DNA of 64,000 nucleotides from Rubrivivax sp. Lineage in GTDB: Bacteria > Pseudomonadota > Gammaproteobacteria > Burkholderiales > Burkholderiaceae_C. The DNA is taken from positions 7,277 to 71,276 of the forward strand of contig JAIXYO010000025.1 of NCBI GenBank assembly GCA_027490215.1, given 5' to 3'. Each line of letters opens with the position of its first letter. Positions within the stretch are counted from its first letter, which is position 1. The position numbers were made by a program, and so were the translations under genes. The notes beneath the pieces were generated by a model. That model had not been told where the DNA came from and did not search any database. It saw nothing but the letters and a program-made list of their open reading frames with translations. Shown one piece after another: positions 57,047 to 64,000 of this stretch.

Positions 57047-58177
57047 ATGACCACCGCCGACAAGAAAGCTGCCCCCCGCCGCCGATTCCTGAAACGGGCC
57101 GCCACCGGTGCGGTCGCCACCGGTGCGCTGGCAGCACCGATGGTGTCGCGCGCGCAGACCACCAGCTTCCGTTTCCAGAGCACCTGGCCCGCGAAAGACA
57201 TCTTTCACGAGTACGCCATGGACTTTGCCAAGAAGGTCAATGACATGGCAAGCGGCCGCCTGAAGATCGAGGTGCTGCCGGCTGGCTCGGTCGTGCCGGC
57301 CTTCCAGTTGCTCGATGCAGTGAGCAAAGGCACGCTCGATGGCGGCCACGGCGTCATCGCCTACTGGTACGGCAAGAACTCGGCACTGGCACTGTGGGGG
57401 TCGGGCCCGGGCTTCGGCATGGATGCCAACACCGTGCTCGCCTGGCACAACTACGGCGGCGGCAAGGAGCTGGTTGCCGAGATCTACAAGAGCCTGAACC
57501 TCGATGTGGCCTCGTACATGTACGGCCCGATGCCGGTGCAACCGCTGGGCTGGTTCAAGAAGCCGATCGCGAAGGTCGAAGACCTGAAGGGTCTGAAATA
57601 CCGCACCGTCGGCCTTGCCGTCGACATTTACACCGAGATGGGCGCCGCCGTGAACCCGCTCCCAGGTGGCGAAATCGTGCCCGCACTGGACCGTGGCCTG
57701 ATCGACGCGGCCGAGTTCAACAACGCTTCTTCAGACCGCCTGCTCGGCTTCCCGGATGTGGTGAAGAACTGCATGTTGCAGAGCTTCCATCAAAGCGGCG
57801 AGCAGTTCGAGGTTCTGTTCAACAAGTCGAAGCTCGATGCGCTGCCTGCCGAACTGAAATCGATCATCGAGTACGGCGTGCAAGCGTCCAGTGCGGACAT
57901 GAGCTGGAAAGCGGCACAGCGCAATTCTCAGGACTACATCGAGATGAAGAAGGCCGGCGTCAAGTTCTACAAGACGCCCGATGCCGTGCTGAAAGCGCAG
58001 CTCGCCGCATGGGACAAGACCATCGCGAAAAAGGCGGAAGAGAACCCCTTGTTCAAGAAGGTCCTCGAATCGCAGCGCGCGTTCGCCGAGCGCGTCGGAC
58101 AGTGGCAGAACGACTACACCGTCGACTTCAAGCTGGCGTACAACCACTACTTCAAGTCGGGCGCCAAGAAGGCTTGA
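57047..58177 (+). CDS. TRAP transporter substrate-binding protein (DctP-type, COG4663-like)
   Basis: RBS aggaga before the ATG at 57047. Tat-like signal (PRRRFLKRAATGAVATGALAAPMVSRA). Followed by Q and M permease genes. Confidence 0.88.
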   Translation: MTTADKKAAPRRRFLKRAATGAVATGALAAPMVSRAQTTSFRFQSTWPAKDIFHEYAMDFAKKVNDMASGRLKIEVLPAGSVVPAFQLLDAVSKGTLDGGHGVIAYWYGKNSALALWGSGPGFGMDANTVLAWHNYGGGKELVAEIYKSLNLDVASYMYGPMPVQPLGWFKKPIAKVEDLKGLKYRTVGLAVDIYTEMGAAVNPLPGGEIVPALDRGLIDAAEFNNASSDRLLGFPDVVKNCMLQSFHQSGEQFEVLFNKSKLDALPAELKSIIEYGVQASSADMSWKAAQRNSQDYIEMKKAGVKFYKTPDAVLKAQLAAWDKTIAKKAEENPLFKKVLESQRAFAERVGQWQNDYTVDFKLAYNHYFKSGAKKA

Positions 58178-58271
58178 TCCGACCGAGGGTCGACAAGGGG
58201 CACCGTGCGGTGCCCCTTGTCGTTGACAGTGCTTCATCGACCGCAGGGCGCTGGCGGCGCCAGGAGTCTTC

Positions 58272-58895
58272 ATGCAATCGTTCATGCTCGCCGTCGACAG
58301 GTTGTCGACTTTCATTGGCAAGTTTTTCGCCTGGACCGTCGTCGGCCTCACCGCGCTGATCTGCTGGGAAGTGTTCTCGCGCTACGCACTGAATCACCCG
58401 CACGCGTGGGTACTCGATGCCCAGATCATGCTCTACGGAACGTTGTTCATGACCGCCGGGGCCTACACGCTGTCGAAGAACGGCCATGTGCGCGGCGATG
58501 TGCTGTACGGATTCTTCAGGCCACGCACTCAGGCAACGCTGGACCTGATCCTGTACGTGCTGTTCTTCCTGCCGGGCATCGTGGCACTCACGTGGGCGGG
58601 TTGGACCTTCGCGCAGGAGTCGCTGGCGATCCGCGAGCAGACGTTTTCCGCCGACGCCCTGCCGCTCTACCCCTTCAAGTTCATCATCCCGATCGCCGGC
58701 GGCGCCCTGCTGTTGCAGGGTCTGGTCGAGATGCTGCGCTGCATGGTGTGCATTCGCGAGGGCGCGTGGCCCAAGCGGGGTGATGACGTCGAGGAGGTCG
58801 ATGTCGAGAAACTGAAAGAGATGGTGAATGTGAAGGATGCGGACATCGCGGCCCTCGACAAGCTCGTCGTCAAGGACACAGGGAGCCGGGCATGA
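58272..58895 (+). CDS. TRAP transporter small permease (DctQ-type)
   Basis: 207 aa, 4 TM helices. RBS aggag. Its stop overlaps the dctM start (ATGA). Confidence 0.85.
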   Translation: MQSFMLAVDRLSTFIGKFFAWTVVGLTALICWEVFSRYALNHPHAWVLDAQIMLYGTLFMTAGAYTLSKNGHVRGDVLYGFFRPRTQATLDLILYVLFFLPGIVALTWAGWTFAQESLAIREQTFSADALPLYPFKFIIPIAGGALLLQGLVEMLRCMVCIREGAWPKRGDDVEEVDVEKLKEMVNVKDADIAALDKLVVKDTGSRA

Positions 58896-60916
58896 AGATC
58901 CGCAAGGAACTGTGGTTCGGCTTCGCGCTGATGGCGCTGATCGGCGCTGGCGCGCTGTACATGCTGCTGAGTGCCGACAAGATCACCAACGGCCACATCG
59001 GCCTGCTGATGCTGTCGCTGGTGGTGGTGGCCATCATGCTGGGCTTCCCCACCGCGTTCACGCTGATGGGCATGGGCATGGGCTTCACCTGGTGGGCCTA
59101 CGACCAGAACATCCACAAGACGCTCGACCTGATGGTGCAGTCGGCCTACAAGGTGATGTCCAACGATGTGCTGATCAGCATCCCGCTGTTCGTCTTCATG
59201 GGCTACCTGGTCGAGCGGGCGAACCTGATCGAGAAGCTTTTTCAGAGCCTGCACCTGGCGCTGTCACGTCTGCCCGGCGCGCTGGCGGTCGCCACCCTGG
59301 TGACCTGCGCGGTGTTCGCCACCGCCACCGGCATCGTGGGCGCAGTGGTCACGCTGATGGGTCTGCTGGCACTGCCGGCGATGCTGCGCGGGGGCTACAG
59401 CATTCCGCTGTCGGCCGGCGCGATCACAGCCGGGGGCTGCCTGGGCATCCTGATTCCGCCATCGGTGATGCTGATCGTCTATGGCGCTACCGCCGGCGTA
59501 TCGGTCGTGAAGCTCTACGCCGGCGCGTTCTTCCCCGGGATCATGCTGGCCGGCCTGTACATCCTCTACGTGATCATCGTCGCGAAGGTGCGCCCGGACC
59601 TGGCGCCACCGCTGTCGGCCGAGGCCCGCAAGGTGCCATTGCCGGCAATGACTCAAAGCTTCGCGCGCTCCGGTGACCAGCGAGCCCTGCCCGGTCTGAT
59701 GACCGCACTGCGCGGACGCCGCAACGCCGACGTACCGATCGGCTACATCCTGAAGCAGCTGTTCATTGCGCTGCTGCCGGCGATCTTGTTCGCGGTTGTT
59801 GCGATCAGCAGCTACCGAGCTGCGACCGCACCGCTGCCGATCGAAGCGGAGTCCGGATTGCAGGTGATGGGCGATGGGTCGGCCGAATACGCCGAGCCGT
59901 CTGAAGGCGGACTGGCTGAGCCGCCATCGGAAGATGGCGGGTTGGCCGAGCCACCGATCGAAGGCGGACTCGCGGAGCCACCCATCGAAGGTGGGCTCGC
60001 GGAGCCGCCGAGCGATCTGGCAGAACCGCCCGTCGAGGCCACCTCTGCCCCGTCGGATGCCGCGCCGCAGGCCGCATCGCCTGCAGCGACCGACGGGCTG
60101 GCCGAACCTGCCGGCGCCGCGCCGACAGCCCCATCGCCTGCGGCGCTGGCTGGCGAACCGCGGGAAGCCTCGACCGGCTACTGGATCGGCCTCGGCGCCA
60201 GCGGCGCAGCACTGCTCGCTTTCTACGCCCTGCTCAGTTACGCGCGGCTCGAGATCTTCAAGATGCTGCTGGCGTCCTTTTTCCCATTGCTGGTGCTGAT
60301 CCTGGCAGTGCTCGGCTCGATCGTGTTCGGCCTCACCACGCCGACCGAGGCAGCGGCCGTGGGCGCGTTCGGTGGGCTCGCGCTGGCCGCGGCCTACAAG
60401 CAGCTGAACATGCGGGTGGTCAAGGAGTCGGTCTACCTGACAGCCAAGACCTCGGCGATGGTGTGCTGGCTGTTCGTCGGCTCGTCCATCTTCTCGGCGG
60501 CGTTTGCACTGTTGGGTGGGCAGGAATTGGTCGAGAGCTGGGTGCTCGGCATGAACCTGACGAAGACCGAATTCCTGGTGCTGAGCCAGGTGATCATCTT
60601 CATTCTCGGCTGGCCGCTCGAGTGGACCGAGATCATCGTGATCTTCATGCCGATCTTCATTCCGCTGCTCGACAACTTCGGTGTCGACCCGCTGTTCTTC
60701 GGCCTCCTGGTCGCGCTGAACCTGCAGACGGCCTTCCTCAGCCCACCGGTCGCGATGGCAGCGTTCTACCTGAAGGGCGTCAGCCCGCCGCACGTGACGC
60801 TCAACCAGATCTTCGCCGGCATGCTGCCATTCATGGGCATCCAGGTGATCGCGATCATCCTGCTGTACCAGTTCCCGGCCATCGGCCTGTGGCTGCCGTC
60901 GGTGCTTTACAAGTAG
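58892..60916 (+). CDS. TRAP transporter large permease (DctM-type) with a ~200-aa internal insertion
   Basis: 674 aa. The N-terminal ~240 aa and C-terminal ~220 aa read as DctM. The middle holds two extra TM helices flanking an acidic Pro/Ala-rich linker with LAEPP repeats. Confidence 0.88.
   Translation: MKIRKELWFGFALMALIGAGALYMLLSADKITNGHIGLLMLSLVVVAIMLGFPTAFTLMGMGMGFTWWAYDQNIHKTLDLMVQSAYKVMSNDVLISIPLFVFMGYLVERANLIEKLFQSLHLALSRLPGALAVATLVTCAVFATATGIVGAVVTLMGLLALPAMLRGGYSIPLSAGAITAGGCLGILIPPSVMLIVYGATAGVSVVKLYAGAFFPGIMLAGLYILYVIIVAKVRPDLAPPLSAEARKVPLPAMTQSFARSGDQRALPGLMTALRGRRNADVPIGYILKQLFIALLPAILFAVVAISSYRAATAPLPIEAESGLQVMGDGSAEYAEPSEGGLAEPPSEDGGLAEPPIEGGLAEPPIEGGLAEPPSDLAEPPVEATSAPSDAAPQAASPAATDGLAEPAGAAPTAPSPAALAGEPREASTGYWIGLGASGAALLAFYALLSYARLEIFKMLLASFFPLLVLILAVLGSIVFGLTTPTEAAAVGAFGGLALAAAYKQLNMRVVKESVYLTAKTSAMVCWLFVGSSIFSAAFALLGGQELVESWVLGMNLTKTEFLVLSQVIIFILGWPLEWTEIIVIFMPIFIPLLDNFGVDPLFFGLLVALNLQTAFLSPPVAMAAFYLKGVSPPHVTLNQIFAGMLPFMGIQVIAIILLYQFPAIGLWLPSVLYK
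59906..60037 (+). repeat. in-frame tandem repeat (about 27-30-nt units) encoding GGLAEPP(I/S)(E/D)
   Basis: Units start at 59906, 59936, 59963 and 59990, with a truncated unit at 60017. LAEPP occurs 5 times in the translation. Confidence 0.85.
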
Positions 60917-60950
60917 CGGCCGAGTAGCGGCGTTCACGCCAGCTGAAGTC

Positions 60951-60974
60951 GTCGACAGACCCGTGTCTGTCGAC
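60951..60974 (+). terminator. strong hairpin after dctM (possible terminator, no U-tract)
   Basis: gtcgacagac-ccgt-gtctgtcgac, a perfect 10-bp stem 35 nt after the stop. It is followed by cttcgg rather than a T run. Confidence 0.35.
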
Positions 60975-60995
60975 CTTCGGCTGGCCCGCTCTTGG

Positions 60996-61090
60996 CGCAC
61001 CATTATTGGATGCAACCCAGGGCGAAATTGCACCAAATCCGTGTTTTCCAGCGCCAAATCTCCCCGATTTGGCGCCGAATCACTGCACCA
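60996..61090 (+). promoter_or_regulatory. candidate NtrC-type upstream activator sites
   Basis: Three (T/C)GCACCA heptamers (60996, 61029, 61084), the first followed by ...TGGATGCA. Also a 9-bp perfect IR gcgccaaat-N7-atttggcgc (61051-61075). Confidence 0.4.
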
Positions 61091-61093
61091 ATT

Positions 61094-61109
61094 AGGCACT
61101 TAAATTGCT
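61094..61109 (+). promoter_or_regulatory. sigma-54 (-24/-12) promoter of amt
   Basis: aGGCACttaaaTTGCt: GG and GC elements at canonical spacing (TGGCAC-N5-TTGC), ~65 nt upstream of the amt ATG. Confidence 0.6.
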
Positions 61110-61174
61110 AACACGGTGCGTCTCGGAATGAGTCTGGTGCGTTGTGCCCCGACACGGAAGACAAGGGGTGGTCA

Positions 61175-62377
61175 ATGGATCAGGTCAAGCAGGGCACCGA
61201 TGCCCTGTTCATTCTTTTGGGCGCCATCATGGTGCTCGCCATGCATGCGGGGTTCGCCTTCCTGGAACTGGGCACGGTTCGCAAGAAGAACCAGGTCAAT
61301 GCGCTCGTCAAGATCCTGGTGGATTTCGCGGTCTCGACGCTGGCTTACTTCTTTGTGGGCTACACCGTGGCCTACGGCGTCCATTTCTTCTCCGGCGCGC
61401 AGACGCTCGCCGATCGGAATGGCTACGAGCTGGTCAAGTTCTTCTTCCTGCTGACGTTTGCAGCCGCGATCCCGGCCATCGTGTCGGGCGGCATTGCCGA
61501 GCGGGCGCGCTTCGGCCCGCAGCTGGCGGCCACCGCCGTGTTGGTAGGGCTGGTGTACCCGGTTTTCGAGGGTGTGACCTGGAACGGTCGATTTGGTGTG
61601 CAGGCCTGGATAGAGGCCACCACCGGGCACCCGTTCCACGACTTCGCCGGCAGCGTGGTGGTGCACGCGGTGGGTGGCTGGATCGGTCTGGCCGCGGTGC
61701 TGCTGCTGGGTGCACGCAGCAACCGCTATCGCAAGGACGGCGCGATCAGCGCCCATCCGCCATCGAGCATCCCTTTCCTCGCGCTCGGGGCCTGGGTGCT
61801 GACCGTGGGCTGGTTCGGCTTCAATGTGATGAGCGCCCAGACGGTCGACAAGATCTCGGGCCTGGTGGCGGTGAACTCATTGATGGCGATGGTGGGCGGC
61901 ACACTGGTGGCCGCCCTGATGGGACGCAACGATCCCGGCTTTGTCTACAACGGCCCGCTGGCCGGACTGGTGGCGGTCTGTGCAGGCTCCGACGTGATGC
62001 ACCCTGCCGGCGCTCTCGTCACTGGCTGCGTGGCCGGAGCGATCTTCGTCTCGCTGTTCACGCTGACGCAAAACCGCTGGAAGATCGACGACGTGCTGGG
62101 CGTCTGGCCGCTGCATGGCCTGTGTGGCGCCTGGGGCGGGATCGCGTGTGGCATCTTCGGCCTGCCGGCACTGGGCGGTCTGGGTGGAGTCAACCTGACG
62201 GCCCAGTTGCTGGGAACCGTGCTGGGCGTGGTCTGGGCGTTCGCAGGCGGCTTGCTGGTCTACGGTGCGGTGAAGGCTGCTGTGGGCCTGAGGCTGTCGG
62301 CCGAAGAGGAGTACGAGGGCGCGGACCTGTCGATTCACCGCATCGGCGCCACGCCGGAGCGCGAAGCCAGCTGGTGA
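61175..62377 (+). CDS. amtB: ammonium transporter (Amt family)
   Basis: 400 aa from the ATG at 61175, with ILLGAIMVLAMHAGFAFLELG, FDFAGSVVVHAVGGW and WPLHGLCGAWGGIACGIF. Confidence 0.92.
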   Translation: MDQVKQGTDALFILLGAIMVLAMHAGFAFLELGTVRKKNQVNALVKILVDFAVSTLAYFFVGYTVAYGVHFFSGAQTLADRNGYELVKFFFLLTFAAAIPAIVSGGIAERARFGPQLAATAVLVGLVYPVFEGVTWNGRFGVQAWIEATTGHPFHDFAGSVVVHAVGGWIGLAAVLLLGARSNRYRKDGAISAHPPSSIPFLALGAWVLTVGWFGFNVMSAQTVDKISGLVAVNSLMAMVGGTLVAALMGRNDPGFVYNGPLAGLVAVCAGSDVMHPAGALVTGCVAGAIFVSLFTLTQNRWKIDDVLGVWPLHGLCGAWGGIACGIFGLPALGGLGGVNLTAQLLGTVLGVVWAFAGGLLVYGAVKAAVGLRLSAEEEYEGADLSIHRIGATPEREASW

Positions 62378-62387
62378 TCCGGCGCGA

Positions 62388-63149
62388 TCACCGGAACATC
62401 GTCAGCATCCGCTCCAGCGCCGTGGTGAACGGCATCTGCATCAGCGGCAGGGTCAGCAGCACGCCGACCAGGCCGACCGTCATCGTGAGCGGGAATCCGA
62501 TGGCGAAGATGTTCATCTGCTGGGCGACGCGGGCGATGATGCCCAGCACGAGGTTGGTGAAGAGCAGCATCGCGATCAAGGGCAAGGCAATCCACAGGCC
62601 GAGGCTGAAGATTTCGGCACCCCACATCTCGGGCCGCACGGCCTTGAGAAAAGCGAACGGCGCCTCGCCGACCGGAAACGCCACGAAGCTCTGCGACACC
62701 GCGACGATCAGCAGCAAGTGCCCATTGATGACGATGAACAGCCAGCTCACCATCGCGCTGAAGAAGGTGCTGAGTGCCGTGCTCTGACTGCGGGTGATCG
62801 GGTCGAAGAAGCCAGCGAAATTGAGGCCCATCTGCAGCCCGCCGATCTCGCCCGCGAACTCGACCGCTGCAAAGACGATGCGCACCGCGAAGGCAATCGA
62901 CAGGCCGATCAGCACCTGCTGCACCACCAGCATCAGCGCCAGAGACGAGTCGAGTGCGACCACCGGCATGGCCGGCAGCGAGGGCTGCATGACGACGGCG
63001 ATCAGAAACGCCAGCGCCACCTTCACCCGCATCGGCACGCTGCGCTGACCGATCACCGGCATCGTGCCCAGCATCGCCAGCACACGCAGGAAGGGCCACA
63101 GCACCGGACTGATCCACGCCCAGACCTGCGCCTCGTTGAAGGTCAGCAT
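62388..63149 (-). CDS. fliR: flagellar export protein FliR
   Basis: 253 aa, polytopic, immediately downstream of fliQ. FliR-like N-terminus (...WPFLRVLAMLGTMPVIG). Confidence 0.9.
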   Translation of the reverse strand: MLTFNEAQVWAWISPVLWPFLRVLAMLGTMPVIGQRSVPMRVKVALAFLIAVVMQPSLPAMPVVALDSSLALMLVVQQVLIGLSIAFAVRIVFAAVEFAGEIGGLQMGLNFAGFFDPITRSQSTALSTFFSAMVSWLFIVINGHLLLIVAVSQSFVAFPVGEAPFAFLKAVRPEMWGAEIFSLGLWIALPLIAMLLFTNLVLGIIARVAQQMNIFAIGFPLTMTVGLVGVLLTLPLMQMPFTTALERMLTMFR

Positions 63150-63161
63150 GGCCTCTGGAGC

Positions 63162-63431
63162 TTAGCCGACGACAGAGGGGATCGATTGAATCGTTCGTTG
63201 CAGGTATTCGACCAGCGTGGTCAGCATCCACGGCCCGACGAAGGTCAGCACGGCGACGGACGCGAGGATCTTGGGCACGAACGACAGGGTGGGTTCGTTG
63301 ATCTGTGTGGCCGCCTGGAAGATGCTGACCAACAGGCCAACGCCCAGCACCGTCAACAGCACCGGCGCCGACACCATCAGCAGCATGTGCAACGCCTGCT
63401 GGCCGAAGGTGAATACTTGTTGTGAGTCCAT
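63162..63431 (-). CDS. fliQ: flagellar export protein FliQ
   Basis: 89 aa from the ATG at 63431 (MDSQQVFTFGQQALHMLLMVSAPVLL...IFQAATQINEPTLSFVPK). Confidence 0.92.
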   Translation of the reverse strand: MDSQQVFTFGQQALHMLLMVSAPVLLTVLGVGLLVSIFQAATQINEPTLSFVPKILASVAVLTFVGPWMLTTLVEYLQRTIQSIPSVVG

Positions 63432-63438
63432 TGGAACC

Positions 63439-64000
63439 TCAAGCGAAACTGGCGGCCAAAGAGCCGAGCAGAAGATTCCAGCCATCTGCCAGCACGAACA
63501 ACATCAGCTTGAAGGGCAAGGCGATCAGCACCGGGCTCAACATCACCATGCCCAGGCTGGTCAACACGCTGGCCACGATGATGTCGATGACCAGGAAAGG
63601 CACGAAGATCAGGAAGCCGATCTGGAACGCGCTCTTCAACTCGCTGGTGACAAAGGCGGGCACCAGCACCTTGAAAGGCACGTCGGCAGACTTGACGGAC
63701 GGGTCGATCTTGGCCAGCTTCGCGAACAGCATCACATCGGCCTGACGCGTCTGCTTCAGCATGAACTCGCGCATCGGCACTTCGCCGCGCTTGAGCGCCT
63801 CATCAAAGGCGATCTGATTGCTGTTGAACGGCTCATACGCTTCCGTGTAGACGCGATCGATGGTCGGCCCCATCACGAAGAAGGTCAGGAACAGGCTCAA
63901 TCCGACGATCACCTGGTTCGGTGGCGCCGCTTGCGTGCCCAATGCCTGGCGCAACAGGCTGAGCACGATGACGATGCGGGTGAAGCCGGTCATCAGCAGC
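63439..64000 (-). CDS. fliP: flagellar export protein FliP (3' part; 5' end lies beyond the window)
   Basis: [34 protein letters not shown]...[35 protein letters not shown] are canonical FliP blocks. The reading frame is open to the window edge. Confidence 0.9.
   Translation of the reverse strand, partial: LLMTGFTRIVIVLSLLRQALGTQAAPPNQVIVGLSLFLTFFVMGPTIDRVYTEAYEPFNSNQIAFDEALKRGEVPMREFMLKQTRQADVMLFAKLAKIDPSVKSADVPFKVLVPAFVTSELKSAFQIGFLIFVPFLVIDIIVASVLTSLGMVMLSPVLIALPFKLMLFVLADGWNLLLGSLAASFA

Noticed and set aside
59906-60037. Tandem repeats considered as a possible CRISPR or VNTR locus.
   Set aside because: The units are contiguous with no spacers, in frame, and inside the dctM coding sequence. 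They encode a repetitive peptide linker, not a CRISPR array. No CRISPR-like repeat-spacer structure was seen anywhere in the window.

Overview
High-GC chromosomal segment with betaproteobacterial (Burkholderiales-like) gene content; the taxon is an inference. It carries about 62 protein genes and 3 tRNAs, mostly core housekeeping. In order: an RND efflux permease plus OprM-type outer-membrane factor; an RpfE-like gene and recJ; two tandem PQQ sugar dehydrogenases; trpH-yciO; glutaredoxin, RidA, plsY, ybaK; prfB with its +1 frameshift, pepN, fbp; apaH; an aldehyde dehydrogenase; argH, algZ/algR-like two-component genes, ppc, hemCDXY; a flagellar export/regulation cluster (fliA, flhG-like, flhF, flhA, flhB, then fliR, fliQ, fliP); and a TRAP transporter plus amt lying between the two flagellar blocks. 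Accessory-looking pieces: a strongly AT-shifted orphan glycosyltransferase (14.2-15.2 kb); a short BLUF photoreceptor next to tRNA-Thr; a PEP-CTERM protein islet with a possible IS91 relic (28-31.7 kb); a ParE/RelE-type TA pair (35.3-35.8 kb); a MazEF pair plus DUF1232 next to tRNA-Arg (43.1-44.2 kb); and a hydroxylase/deacetylase/GT4 envelope operon. I found no CRISPR array, no intact transposase or integrase, and no self-contained multi-gene defence-type module. The most unusual signals are non-coding or architectural. These are a ~250-nt multi-stem palindromic element filling a 466-bp gap between flhB and flhA, a ~400-bp nested palindrome after the efflux operon, a FlhG-position protein that cannot have a Walker A lysine, and a DctM permease with a large repeat-containing insertion. 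All family calls come from reading the translated ORFs and from memory of the families; no searches were run. Start codons are best guesses.
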